Shown: one piece after another, positions 12,151-26,486 of the stretch
Numbering within the stretch: position 1 is the stretch's first letter
Layout of the letters: the number at the start of each line of letters is the position of its first letter
NCBI GenBank assembly: GCA_964016885.1
Contig: CAXHJY010000142.1
Location: 23,820-87,819, forward strand
DNA: 64,000 nucleotides
Source: Eledone cirrhosa
Lineage: Eukaryota
Direction: 5' to 3'
Notes under the pieces: model-generated
What the model saw: the letters and a program-made list of their open reading frames with translations, nothing else
Told to the model about the DNA's origin: nothing
Databases searched by the model: none
Made by a program: the position numbers and the translations under genes

Positions 12151-14424
12151 TCCCAGCTCAGGAATCAAACCCACGACATTATGATCGTAAGTCCAACACC
12201 CATTATGTATTGTTTCTTGAGCAAAATACTTCATTTCACTTTGCTCCAATATACTCAGCTGAAAATGAGTACCACCAACAGCTGAGTAGGGGTTAACCCT
12301 GCGATGGACTGGTGTCCTATTCAAGAGGGAGTCTTGTACACTCAGTCGCTTCATACCACCGAAACTGGGATAAGTACAGACCTAACAAGCGTCCTTAACT
12401 AACATACAGAATGAAAGAGTTATCTCCCATGGAATAAACGCTATCAAGCAAATATTGTGTGTGTGTGTGTGTGTGCTGCGTTTTTTAAATTTCTAGTCAA
12501 GAAAGTAAAGGTGCAAAAGCTACAACTCTTATAGGGTCTCCGAAACTGGTGGTGTACTTAATTATATCAACTCCGAATGAATGACAGGAAAAAGTAATTT
12601 CGACAGGATTTAAACTCAAAACGCACAGAACGGAAATAAACTTTTGAAGACGGTGTAACGACTCTACAATATCAGGTTCGGATATGTTCGTAACATTCAA
12701 AATATAAACAAATGTTTTATTGTAAAAATGAAAGTGTCTTTTGTTGTTATGAAAACGGGAATGGCAAGGGCTCTAGGGTCACAGAAGAATGGGAAGGTGA
12801 TAGGCTCTGTGCCTAGGGAGCAGCGGAATTGGGACTGCACCTCGCGGGGCTCCTTTCCCAGATGGGCTGCTGGCAGTACGGGGTCCAAATACTCCTATGG
12901 TCAAAATATTAATCTTTTATTTTCTGAAAGACATTGTATGGGAGGTAACTCTTCGATGTCTGTGTGTATTAATTGTTTCTACTTTTGGCACAAGGCCAGC
13001 AATACCCAGTGCATTAGTGGTACTTTATTTTATCGACCCCGTAAGGATGAAAGGCAAAGTCAACCTCGGCGGGATTTGTGTGTGTATTAATAACGGTTTC
13101 TTATATAGACAGAAGGCCAGCAATTTTGGGGGAGGGGAAAGTCGATTGAATCGACTTCAGTGCATGACTGTTACTTTATTTTATCGACCCCGTAAGGATG
13201 AAAGGCAAAGTTAACTTCGGCAGGATTGTGTGTATTAATAACCTCCCTATAGTATCGGAGCTGTGATCTCTCAATTCAGAGAAAGTAACGGCTTTGCCTG
13301 GAGTGACTCTCTGATCTCCCAGCTACATACTTTATCGAGTAACGTTACCCCAAAGACCATATATATATATGTGTGTGTGGGGGTAAGTTCCTCTGTAAGG
13401 TAGTTTTGTTGGTGACACAATGGAAAAGTCCAACCTGTCAGTCATTTTCGTGCCACTGTAAATGTGGTTGGTGTTAGGAAGGGCATCCAGCCGTAGAAAC
13501 CAAACCAGAAACAGTCCTGTATGAGTAAGACATCGTCACCAGTCCTGACTTGTCTCACAATGTGACAGCATAGAAAATGGATGTTAAACAGTGATGGTGA
13601 TGATGATGATGTATGTCTGTGTTTGTTTAAGTTTGATAAATTAGTGGTTTGACAAAAAGAGATTTATGAAATAAGTACAAGACTTGAAAAAAAAGTATTG
13701 GGATTGATATGGTTGACTAAATCCCTTCCAAGTGGTGATCCAGTATGGCCTCAGTTTAATGACTGAAACCAGTAAAAAAAAAAATGTATTCCTCACATTA
13801 AATATATTTAGGCACCATTGATGTATATTCTGTTCTTTATCAATCTTTCAAGCTACAGTACATACTTGTACATAAGTCACAGTTTAAAATAAACAAACAA
13901 GTGGTGTATAGAAAGCCTAGCGGCAATGCAAGCAAGTTGGCTTGCTTCACAATGTATTAAAGGGAGGCTCTGGTGCCTTTTGTGGTGTGTTATTGATTGA
14001 TGCACTAATTGTATTGAAGGGCAATGGATTGGCAGTATCGATAGAACATCGGATGCCATACTTTGCAGCATAGTAATGGCCCTTTATGTTCAGAGTTCAA
14101 ATCTTGCTGAGGTTAGCTTTGCCTTTCTTCTTTATGGGGGCGATAAAATAAAGTACCAGTAATGCACTGGGGTAATTGCTGGCCTTGTGCCAAAAGTAGA
14201 AACAATTACTTAGTATTGAATTAATATTTACTTTCCTTTTTTTTAATGTGAAATATTTCTGTAACTAAGTATTGTATATTTCATTTGTATGTATATTTTC
14301 ATTCTGTAAGAATTAGAAGTAATTTGTAATTTTAATATACAATTCTGAATAAATACCCATTCTGAAAAGATGATGGGATGGTCATGTCTGGAACAACAGT
14401 CCATCTATGTTGATTTGATAGTTG

Positions 14425-14585
14425 ATTGATGATGATGATGATGATGTCATTGATTGTGATCATGATGACGATGGTGATGGTGATGGTGATGATGATAGTG
14501 ATGGTGATGATGGTGATGACACTGATGATTATGATGATGATGGCACTGGTGAAGATTGTGATGATGATGATGGTGATGACGTCAT
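14425..14585. repeat. (GAT/GGT)n triplet tract
   Basis: Visible triplet repeats. Confidence 0.85.
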
Positions 14586-16697
14586 TGCCAACTAAAAACA
14601 GGTGTTGATGGAATTTGTCTAAACCACTCCTAAAGAAGAACTCTTGTTAGTGATGTTTACATTAGAAGTTTGGCGTCTTCTGAAATTAGTTCATTCAACA
14701 TCAGGGTAGACAAATGGTTAGGGTTGGTGGTAAACAGATATAGTAGATAGGTAGGTAGATGGATAGATAAATAAATATATATATTATATATTAAAATTAA
14801 ATGGGAAAAATCTCTAATTCTGGGAGTATAAACAAGATAGAGAAAAAAAATTCCGCTTATATATAGATCTCCCTACCGTGGTTTCGTATGGGGAAGAATT
14901 ATTATTATAATAATATATATGTATTATAAGAACAAAGTGGAGTTATATATATGATAGATAACTAGATAGATTGATAGATAGACTGATTGATAGATATAAA
15001 TAGATAGAAAGACAGACAGATAGATAGATAGACAGACAAATGTATACTGTTGCCATTTTTTGCTACTTTCACTCACCTATTGGTAAATTTACTGGAGGAG
15101 AGCACACACCCCTTCCACCCTCTCTCGTTTCCAAGTGAAACTTGAAAAAGCTGATGAGATCTTGACCAAAATGGAATGTGTCTGTCTTCAGCCCCATCAG
15201 TCTTGTTCACGACACAACTTCTTTTGCCATACCAGATACTAATGGTTTCTGATTTAGGCACAAGGCCAGCAATTTGGGTGGGGGTGAAGGGAAAGTTGAT
15301 TAACGATTAAATCGACCCCAGTACTTGATTGGTACTTTATTTTATTGACCTTTGAACAAAGAAAGGCAAAGTTAACCTTGGCGGGATTTGAATTCAGGAA
15401 GTAAAGAGCCAGACCAAATATTGACAATAGCAGCCTCCATGGAAGCCTAGACATAATGATGATGATGATGGCAATTATTATTATTATTACTAATCTAATT
15501 CTAGCCTAACATGTTAAACAGGTTACTATTAGATTTTCTATAGATAGGTTTGATAAAAGGTTAACAGAAATAACCACACAATCAGTACAGTATATGGAAG
15601 GAATATATTAGTTTAACGCTTAAAAAGAAAGTCTTAATGTTTCAGATGCTAGTCCTGTATACACACACACACACATATATATATACACACTACAGTGTAG
15701 TTGATTCAGTGAATTACTTGTGGTGGTACCAATATGAGCACTCAGTGTACAGACAGAGTGTATATAAAAATAAAAAAAAATAAAAATATATATATATATA
15801 TACTGTTTACAATAAACAGCTTAGTATGATAGAATCAAGAGCAATTTCAAGGGGTGTGACATTAAACATTTAAAAGGCTAATAGAAACAACGCCCCCCCC
15901 CCCCCCACCCCCACACACACACACACAACCCACCTACCCACTTTCTTTCTCTCAGATGGCAAACATCTAACTTCCTCATTATTAGATGTGCTTGGTGCAA
16001 AAATTATGATGCAATGTTTTTAGATATATTTAACCATTTTACAAAAAAAATAAATAAATAACCCAGTTTTGTATTGTAGAATCAGAGACAGTTGCAGGGA
16101 ATTTGGCATTAAATGTGTTAAAGGTTGATAAACATCTGAGTTCTATCTGTAGATCTTTTTATTTTTTTCTCTGTAGATCTGTTGAAGAGAGACAGATATA
16201 TGCTCATCATCATCATCATTTAATGTCTATTTTCCACGCTGGCATGGGTTAGACGGGTTTTTTCCCATTGAGGGCAAGTTGGGTGGGGTGACCATGTCTT
16301 GCTCATATAGGACTGTTTCTACGGCTGGATGCCATATCTTTTTATTTTTTTCTCTACAGAATATATGTTGAAGAGAGACAGGGATATGTTCATAGGTGTT
16401 TTTGTTTTTTCTCTGCAGAATCTGTTGAAGAGAGACAGGGATAGTCTCAAGCATAGAATCAGTGATTAGAGTACTAAAGGTTAATGCTGTAAAGATCAAA
16501 GTATATAAATTAGTAATAGAAACCACAAAGTATATGAACCATCTGGTGAATGGCCTTGTTAGATATGTAGGAAAGGAAAGGAAGTACAGAGGAACTTGAT
16601 ACTGTGTATTTCAGTGCAAGCAATTGGTACATGAAATGTGGTGCAGGTTGGCTGGCATATTGACAAGCGAACCAGGCAGACTTTCAAATGTTATAGG

Positions 16698-17100
16698 ATA
16701 GATGTACTATATAGAGGAATAGTTAGCTGTAATTGGGGCAGCCAATGTTATGTAGATAGTTAGCTTAAAGGGGACAGCTAATGCTATATAGATAGATGTA
16801 CTACATAAGGGAATAGTTAGCTTAAAGGGGACAGCCAATGTTTTATAGATAGATGTACTACATAGAGGAATAGTTAGCTTAAAGGGGGCAGCCAATGCTA
16901 TATAGATAGATGTACTACATAAGGGAATAGTTAGGTTAAAGGGGACAGCCAATGGTATATAGATAGATGTACTACATAAGGGAATAGTTAGCTTAAAGGG
17001 GGCAGCCAATGGTATATAGATAGATGTACTACATAAGGGAATAGTTAGGTTAAAGGGGACAGCCAATGTTATATAGATAAATGCACATAGGAATAGTTAG
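16698..17100. repeat. 57-bp minisatellite, ~6 copies
   Basis: Unit ATAGATGTACTACATAAGGGAATAGTTAGCTTAAAGGGGACAGCCAATG...; period 57 (16791 to 16848). Confidence 0.9.
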
Positions 17101-17349
17101 AGGGTTGTAGAGTACAGCAAGTTATATATAAATAGATGTAAGAGACAGCTAGCATTTACAGACAGATGTACATAGAGCCATAGAGGGTACAGGCAGTGTT
17201 ATATAGTTGTAAGTGTAGAGAAAGTGTTATATAGTTAGCACTAGGGTACATACAGTGTTATATAGTTGGGTGTAAGTATATAGCTAGTGTTATATAGTTA
17301 GCTGTAAGTGTACAGTGTTATATAGCTGTAAGTGTACAACCAGTGTTAT

Positions 17350-20300
17350 ATAGTTAGCTGTAGGGTACAGTGTCATATAGAGTAGTTAGTTAGCTGTAAG
17401 ATACAGTGTCATACAGAGTAGTTAGCTGTAAGGTAGAGTGTCAAATAGAGTAGTTAGTTAGCTGTAGGGTACAGTGTCATACAGAGTAGCTAGCTGTAAG
17501 GTACAGTGTCATATAGAGTAGTTAGCTGTAAGATACAGTGTCAAATAGAGTAGTTAGCTGTAAGGTAGAGTGTCATATAGAGGAGTTAGTTAGCTGTAGG
17601 GTACAGTGTCATACAGAGTAGTTAGTTAGCTGTAGGCTACAGTGTCATATAGAGGAGTAGTTAGTTAGCTGTAGGGTACAGTGTCATACAGAGTATTTAG
17701 TTAGCTGTAAGGTACAGTGTCACATAGAGGAGTTAGCTAGCTGTAAGGTAGAGTGTCATATAGAGTAGTAGTTAATTAGCTGTAGGGTACAGTGTTATAC
17801 AGAGGAGTTAGTTAGCTGTAAGGTAGAGTGTCATATAGAGTAGTTAATTAGCTGTAAGATACAGTGTCATATAGAGGAGTTAGTTAGCTGTAAGGTAGAG
17901 TGTCATATAGAGGTGATAGTTAGCTGTAGGGTACAGTGTCATATAGAGGAGTTAGTTAGCTGTAGGGTAGTGTCATATAGAGTAGTTGGTTAGCTGTAAG
18001 GTAGAGTGTCATATAGAGGAGTAGTTAGTTAGCTGTAAGGTACAGTGTCATACAGAGGAGTTAGTTAGCTGTAGGGTACAGTGTCATATAGAGTAGTTAG
18101 TTAGCTGTCAGGTACAGTGTCATATAGAGGAGTTAATTAGCTGTAGGGTACAGTGTCATATAGAGTAGTTAGTTAGCTGTCAGGTACAGTGTCATATAGA
18201 GGAGTTAATTAGCTGTAGGGTACAGTGTCATACAGAGTAGTTGGTTAGCTGTAAGGTAGAGTGTCATATAGAGTAGTTAGCTGTAAGGTACAGTGTCATA
18301 TAGAGTAGTTAGCTGTAAGGTAGAGTGTCATATAGAGGAGTTAGTTAGCTGTAGGGTACAGTGTTATACAGAGGAGTGAGTTAGCTGTAGGGTACAGTGT
18401 CATATAGAGTAGTTAGTTAGCTGTAGGGTACAGTGCCATACAGAGTAGTTAGTTAGCTGTAGGGTACAGTGTCATATAGAGTAGTTAGCTGTAAGGTACA
18501 GTGTCATATAGAGTAATTAGTTAGCTGTAGGGTACAGTGTCATACAGAGTAGTTAGTTAGCTGTCAGGTACAGTGTCATATAGAGGAGTTAATTAGCTGT
18601 AGGGTACAGTGTCATACAGAGTAGTTGGTTAGCTGTAAGGTAGAGTGTCATATAGAGTAGTTAGCTGTAAGGTACAGTGTCATATAGAGTAGTTAGCTGT
18701 AAGGTAGAGTGTCATATAGAGGAGTTAGTTAGCTGTAGGGTACAGTGTTATACAGAGGAGTGAGTTAGCTGTAGGGTACAGTGTCATATAGAGTAGTTAG
18801 TTAGCTGTAGGGTACAGTGCCATACAGAGTAGTTAGTTAGCTGTAGGGTACAGTGTCATATAGAGTAGTTAGCTGTAAGGTACAGTGTCATATAGAGTAA
18901 TTAGTTAGCTGTAGGGTACAGTGTCATACAGAGTAGTTAGTTAGCTGTCAGGTACAGTGTCATATAGAGGAGTTAATTAGCTGTAGGGTACAGTGTCATA
19001 CAGAGTAGTTGGTTAGCTGTAAGGTAGAGTGTCATATAGAGTAGTTAGCTGTAAGGTACAGTGTCATATAGAGTAGTTAGCTGTAAGGTAGAGTGTCATA
19101 TAGAGGAGTTAGTTAGCTGTAGGGTACAGTGTTATACAGAGGAGTGAGTTAGCTGTAGGGTACAGTGTCATATAGAGTAGTTAGTTAGCTGTAGGGTACA
19201 GTGCCATACAGAGTAGTTAGTTAGCTGTAGGGTACAGTGTCATATAGAGTAGTTAGCTGTAAGGTACAGTGTCATATAGAGTAATTAGTTAGCTGTAGGG
19301 TACAGTGTCATACAGAGTAGTTAGTTAGCTGTAAGGTAGAGTGTCATATAGAGGAGTTAGTTAGCAGTAGGGTACAGTGTCATATAGAGGAGTTAATTAG
19401 CTGTAGGGTACAGTGTCATACAGAGTAGTTAGTTAGCTGTCAGGTACAGTGTCATATAGAGGAGTTAATTAGCTGTAGGGTACAGTGTCATATAGAGTAT
19501 TTAGTTAGCTGTAAGGTACAGTGTCATATAGAGTAGTAGTTAATTAGCTGTAGGGTACAGTGTCATACAGAGGAGTTAGTTAGCTGTAGGGTACAGTGTC
19601 ATATAGAGTAGTTAGCTGTAAGGTAGAGTGTCATATAGAGTATTTAGTTAGCTGTAAGGTACAGTGTCATATAGAGGTGATAGTTAGCTGTAGGGTACAG
19701 TGTCATACAGAGGAGTTAGTTAGCTCTAGGGTACAGTGTCATATAGAGTAGTTAGCTGTAAGGCAGAGTGTCATATAGAGGATTTAGTTAACTGTAGAGT
19801 ACAGTGTCATATAGAGTAGTTAGTTAGCTGTAAGGTACAGTGTCATATAGAGTAGTTAGTTATCTGTAGGGTACAGTGTCATATAGAGTAGTTAGTTATC
19901 TGTAGGGTACAGTGTCATATAGAGTAGTTAGTTAGCTGTAGGGTACTGTGTCATGCAGAGGAGTTAGTTAGCTGTAGGGTACAGTGTCATATAGAGTAGT
20001 TAGTTATCTGTAGGGTACAGTGTCATATAGAGTAGTTAGTTAGCTGTAGGGTACTGTGTCATATAGAGTAGTTAGTTATCTGTAGGGTACAGTGTCATAT
20101 AGAGTAGTTAGTTAGCTGTAGGGTACTGTGTCATGCAGAGGAGTTAGTTAGCTGTAAGGTACAGTGTCATATAGAGTAGTTAGTTATCTGTAGGGTACAG
20201 TGTCATATAGAGTAGTTAGTTAGCTGTAGGGTACTGTGTCATATAGAGTAGTTAGTTATCTGTAGGGTACAGTGTCATATAGAGTAGTTAGTTAGCTGTA

Positions 20301-23300
20301 GGGTACTGTGTCATGCAGAGGAGTTAGTTAGCTGTAGGGTACAGTGTCATATAGAGTAGTTAGTTATCTGTAGGGTACAGTGTCATATAGAGTAGTTAGT
20401 TAGCTGTAGGGTACTGTGTCATGCAGAGGAGTTAGTTAGCTGTAGGGTACAGTGTCATATAGAGGAGTTAGTTAGCTGTAGGGTACACTGTCATATAGAG
20501 TAGTTAGTTAGCTGTAGGGTACACTGTCATATAGAGTAGTTAGTTAGCTGTAGGGTACAGTGTCATGCAGAGGAGTTAGCTGTAAGGTACAGTGTCATAC
20601 AGAGTAGTTACTTAGCTGTAAGGTACAGTGTCATATAGAGTAGTTAGTTAGCTGTAAGGTACAGTGTCATATAGAGTAGTAGTTAGCTGTAAGGTACAGT
20701 GTCATATAGAGTAGTTAATTAGCTGTAGGGTACAGTGTCATATAGAGTAGTTAGTTAGCTGTCAGGTACAGTGTCATATAGAGGAGTTAATTAGCTGTAG
20801 GGTACAGTGTCATACAGAGGAGTTAGTTAGCTGTAAGGTAGAGTGTCATATAGAGTAGTTAGCTATAAGGTACAGTGTCATATAGAGTAGTTAATTAGCT
20901 GTAAGATACAGAGTCATATAGAGGAGTTAGTTAGCTGTAGGGTAGTGTCATATAGAGTAGTTGGTTAGCTGTAAGGTAGAGTGTCATATAGAGGAGTAGT
21001 TAGTTAGCTGTAGGGTACAGTGTCATATAGAGTAGTTAGTTAGCTGTAAGGTAGAGTGTCATATAGAGTAGTTGGTTAGCTGTAAGGTAGAGTGTCATAT
21101 AGAGGAGTAGTTAGTTAGCTGTAGGGTACAGTGTCATATAGAGTAGTTAGTTAGCTGTAAGGTAGAGTGTCATATAGAGTATTTAGTTAGCTGTAGGGTA
21201 CAGTGTCATATAGAGTAGTTAGCTGTAAGGTACAGTGTCATATAGAGTAGTTAGCTGTAAGGTAGAGTGTCATATAGAGGAGTTAGTTAGCTGTAGGGTA
21301 CAGTGTTATACAGAGGAGTGAGTTAGCTGTAGGGTACAGTGTCATATAGAGTAGTTAGTTAGCTGTAGGGTACATTGTCATATAGAGTAGTTAGTTAGCT
21401 GTAAGGTACAGTGTCATATAGAGGAGTAGTTAGTTAGCTGTAGGGTACAGTGTCATATAGAGTAGTTAGTTAGCTGTAAGGTACAGTGTCATATAGAGTA
21501 GTTAGTTAGCTGTAGGGTACAGTGTCATATAGAGTAGTTAGTTAGCTGTAAGGTACAGTGTCATATAGAGGAGTAGTTAGTTAGCTGTAGGGTACAGTGT
21601 CATATAGAGTAGTTAGTTAGCTGTAGGGTACAGTGTCATACAGAGGAGTTAGTTAGCTGTAAGGTACAGTGTCATATAGAGTATTTAGTTAGCTGTAGGG
21701 TACAGTGTCATACAGAGTAGTTAGTTAGCTGTAGGGTACAGTGTCATACAGAGGAGTTAGTTAGCTGTAAGGTACAGTGTCATATAGAGTATTTAGTTAG
21801 CTGTAGGGTACAGTGTCATACAGAGTAGTTAGTTAGCTGTAAGGTAGAGTGTCATATAGAGTAGTTAGCTGTAAGGTAGAGTGTCATATAGAGGAGTTAG
21901 TTAGCTGTAGGGTACTGTGTCATGCAGAGGAGTTAGTTAGCTGTAGGGTACAGTGTCATACAGAGGAGTTAGTTAGCTGTAGGGTACAGTGTCATATAGA
22001 GTAGTTAGCTGTAAGGTACAGTGTCATATAGAGTAATTAGTTAGCTGTAGGGTACAGTGTCATACAGAGTAGTTAGTTAGCTGTAAGGTAGAGTGTCATA
22101 TAGAGTAGTTAATTAGCTGTAAGATACAGAGTCATATAGAGGAGTTAGTTAGCTGTAGGGTAGTGTCATATAGAGTAGTTGGTTAGCTGTAAGGTAGAGT
22201 GTCATATAGAGGAGTAGTTAGTTAGCTGTAGGGTACAGTGTCATATAGAGTAGTTAGTTAGCTGTAAGGTAGAGTGTCATATAGAGTAGTTGGTTAGCTG
22301 TAAGGTAGAGTGTCATATAGAGGAGTAGTTAGTTAGCTGTAGGGTACAGTGTCATATAGAGTAGTTAGTTAGCTGTAAGGTAGAGTGTCATATAGAGTAT
22401 TTAGTTAGCTGTAGGGTACAGTGTCATATAGAGTAGTTAGCTGTAAGGTACAGTGTCATATAGAGTAGTTAGCTGTAAGGTAGAGTGTCATATAGAGGAG
22501 TTAGTTAGCTGTAGGGTACAGTGTTATACAGAGGAGTGAGTTAGCTGTAGGGTACAGTGTCATATAGAGTAGTTAGTTAGCTGTAGGGTACATTGTCATA
22601 TAGAGTAGTTAGTTAGCTGTAAGGTACAGTGTCATATAGAGGAGTAGTTAGTTAGCTGTAGGGTACAGTGTCATATAGAGTAGTTAGTTAGCTGTAAGGT
22701 ACAGTGTCATATAGAGTAGTTAGTTAGCTGTAGGGTACAGTGTCATATAGAGTAGTTAGTTAGCTGTAAGGTACAGTGTCATATAGAGGAGTAGTTAGTT
22801 AGCTGTAGGGTACAGTGTCATATAGAGTAGTTAGTTAGCTGTAGGGTACAGTGCCATACAGAGTAGTTAGTTAGCTGTAGGGTACAGTGTCATACAGAGG
22901 AGTTAGTTAGCTGTAAGGTACAGTGTCATATAGAGTATTTAGTTAGCTGTAGGGTACAGTGTCATACAGAGTAGTTAGTTAGCTGTAAGGTAGAGTGTCA
23001 TATAGAGTAGTTAGCTGTAAGGTAGAGTGTCATATAGAGGAGTTAGTTAGCTGTAGGGTACTGTGTCATGCAGAGGAGTTAGTTAGCTGTAGGGTACAGT
23101 GTCATACAGAGGAGTTAGTTAGCTGTAGGGTACAGTGTCATATAGAGTAGTTAGCTGTAAGGTACAGTGTCATATAGAGTAATTAGTTAGCTGTAGGGTA
23201 CAGTGTCATACAGAGTAGTTAGTTAGCTGTAAGGTAGAGTGTCATATAGAGGAGTTAGTTAGCAGTAGGGTACAGTGTCATACAGAGGAGTTAGTTAGCT

Positions 23301-24443
23301 GTAGGGTACAGTGTCATATAGAGTAGTTAGCTGTAAGGTAGAGTGTCATATAGAGTATTTAGTTAGCTGTAAGGTACAGTGTCATATAGAGTAGTTAGCT
23401 GTAAGGTAGAGTGTCATATAGAGTATTTAGTTAGCTGTAAGGTACAGTGTCATATAGAGTAGTTAGCTGTAAGGTAGAGTGTCATATAGAGTATTTAGTT
23501 AGCTGTAAGGTACAGTGTCATATAGAGTAGTAGTTAATTAGCTGTAGGGTACAGTGTCATACAGAGGAGTTAGTTAGCTGTAGGGTACAGTGTCATATAG
23601 AGTAGTTAGCTGTAAGGTAGAGTGTCATATAGAGGATTTAGTTAGCTGTAAGGTACAGTGTCATATAGAGGTGATAGTTAGCTCTAGGGTACAGTGTCAT
23701 ATAGAGTAGTTAGTTAGCTGTAAGGCAGAGTGTCATATAGAGGAGTAGTTAGTTAGCTGTAGGGTACACTGTCATATAGAGGATTTAGTTAACTGTAGAG
23801 TACAGTGTCATACAGAGTAGTTAGTTAGCTGTAAGGTACAGTGTCATATAGAGTAGTTAGTTAGCTGTAAGGTACAGTGTCATATAGAGTAGTTAGTTAT
23901 CTGTAGGGTACAGTGTCATATAGAGTAGTTAGTTATCTGTAGGGTACAGTGTCATATAGAGTAGTTAGCTGTAGGGTACAGTGTCATATAGAGTAGTTAG
24001 TTAGCTGTAGGGTACTGTGTCATGCAGAGGAGTTAGTTAGCTGTAAGGTACAGTGTCATATAGAGTAGTTAGTTAGCTGTAGGGTACACTGTCATATAGA
24101 GTAGTTAGTTAGCTGTAGGGTACACTGTCATATAGAGTAGTTAGTTAGCTGTAGGGTACAGTGTCATGCAGAGGAGTTAGTTAGCTGTAAGGTACAGTGT
24201 CATACAGAGTAGTTACTTAGCTGTAAGGTACAGTGTCATATAGAGTAGTTAGTTAGCTGTAAGGTACAGTGTCATATAGAGTAGTAGTTAGCTGTAAGGT
24301 ACAGTGTCATATAGAGGAGTAGTTAGTTAGCTGTAAGGTACAGTGTCATATAGAGTAGTTAGTTAGCTGTAAGGAACAGTGTCATATAGAGTAGTTAGTT
24401 AGCTGTAAGGTAGAGTGTCATATAGAGTAGTAGTTAGTTGTAA
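17350..24443. repeat. ~7 kb minisatellite array, 32/36/39-bp monomer, roughly 200 copies
   Basis: Consensus GCTGTAGGGTACAGTGTCATATAGAGTAGTTAGTTA with variant monomers and higher-order blocks. Confidence 0.97.
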
Positions 24444-24899
24444 GGGAGACAGGCAGTCTTTTAACGGATGAAATAGATAGTTTACTAGATATAATCTAGT
24501 CAATTTGTTTCTATTACATTGGTGACATAATTATTTCTGTGGTATTATTACCAATAAGAGATGCATATTTCATTGGTATGGCTACCAATCTGGTGGTTAT
24601 ATATTACAGAGGTGCATATTTCAGTATGTCCACCATGGCTGTGAGGTGGCCAGTCTGTGGGTCCCATTTGCTCATAATAGTGAGAGATGGTAGAGTGGAG
24701 AGACGGAGGCAATGACAGTGGGAGTTTGGCTCTGATCTGGTGTAAGTGTATATGTCTCACGGGCATGCACTCACTCTAGATATATCCAGGACTAGGTTAT
24801 CTAGTATATTCAATCCTTTTTGTTTACAAAAGGCTAAGATGCAGTTTGAGGGGGATTTGGCTGCTATTTCTTTCAAGCAGGTTAACAGACTGTGTAGCG

Positions 24900-25070
24900 C
24901 AGGCATGTCAAACTGAGGGTCCCCCGAGGACCACATGGGTCACATATGTGTTGTCTGAGGGCCACATACGACAACTAAATACGCACATTACAACACAGTT
25001 TTTAAATTTTATATTACAAAGATAAAACATGCTCGCGCTGTAAATTTTATTAAGTAATGTATTTGTATAT
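24900..25070 (+). mobile_element. possible hAT-like DNA transposon end fragment
   Basis: Begins CAGGCATGTCAAACT..GGGCCACATA, resembling hAT/Charlie termini. No second end was seen. Confidence 0.35.
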
Positions 25071-25090
25071 ACATGTTTACACACACACAC

Positions 25091-25146
<56 letters not shown>

Positions 25147-26416
25147 GCACCCACGCATGTGTGTATATGTGTTACCAGTAAGCACGGTAGAACGGATCAA
25201 CAACAAAGTTTAGTAACCATGAAATCCCGACTTCTCTCCTGTGTGTGCATCTTTGGCGACGACTCTAGACTATTCAAGAAATTTCAGTTGGATTGCGTAA
25301 TGTTTGTATTAAAATAGAATAAAATAATTACATAGCAATAGTAGAGGAAAGTTGGGAGTGAGCGCCATTCTCTACACCCGAATCTAGGTGGTACAGAAGG
25401 GAGCGACAGACTCTACACCCCAGTCTAAGGTGGTATATCACAGCTGCGACCCCGCGGATAAATAGGCGACGGCATTGCGGCAGAGAAACATCGACACTAC
25501 CAGCTGCATCAGCCATTCCACTTCACGGGGAACTGTTTCCTCAGGCGGGATATACTCAATTCCTCCTAATTTTGTGAAGGAGAGCGGCGGTTCGGGGAAC
25601 GAGGATAGCAGAGGTCTCGACGACGGCGACCCAACACGAAAAAGAAGCGGTCAGTCAGGTCACCCGGTATTTCACTATCTTTCCCTCCTCAGTTGTTACA
25701 AACGGCAGTTCCGATTTGTGACTTCTATTTGAAATTAGGGAGACTTTACGGAAACCCATCATACGAAGTGTATCCTGTAATTGAAAGGGCCAGTTGATTC
25801 TGACTGAGAATTACATTAGGGTACACGTGTTTGTGAAATATTACTCAATCAATAATTCAACGAGTAAAGTAGTCTAGTTCGGTTGATTGAACGACTGGAA
25901 TACTCAGGTCGAAACCGATGAAGATCCCTTTCATTTTTTTTTTTACTATAACCAGTAACAAAACTGTCCCTTCTATCGCAGATGATGACTTAACTGGCTG
26001 ACTTCTTTAGTCAAGCATAAAACCAATCAGTTTATCCATCAACACCACCACTACCGCCACTACTACTACTACTACTATTGCTACTGCTATTGTTACTACT
26101 ATTACTACTACTATTACTACTACTGCTGTTACTACTACTACTAGTGCTGCTGCGGCTGTTACTACTACTACTACTACCAGCCCTACCTTCCCTCATTGAC
26201 TACGACATCTCACCCCCCAACCCGTCTTTAAAACAACAATAACAAAACAGTAATTGCCATGCTCTCTTATTTTGCCAAGCACCTACAGATGATCATCTCT
26301 ATACCGCTTATTCTCTAGCATGTCGACCGACCGAAACAATTCTCAGCAAGATATATATCATGCTGTTATTCCGTTGGCTTCATTCTCCCATTAGATCTTT
26401 TATATTTTTATAACAC

Positions 26417-26486
<70 letters not shown>

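Noticed and set aside
14085-14110. tRNA B-box-like sequences (GAGTTCAAATC), here and elsewhere
   Set aside because: These are SINE heads with no cloverleaf, so they are not tRNA genes.
17350-24443. CRISPR-like 36-bp periodicity
   Set aside because: The monomers are contiguous with no unique spacers, there are no cas genes, and the context is eukaryotic.
24625-24741. plus-strand exon-like segment (TTTCAG...GTAAGT)
   Set aside because: It has stops in all three frames and no supporting homology; it could only be non-coding.
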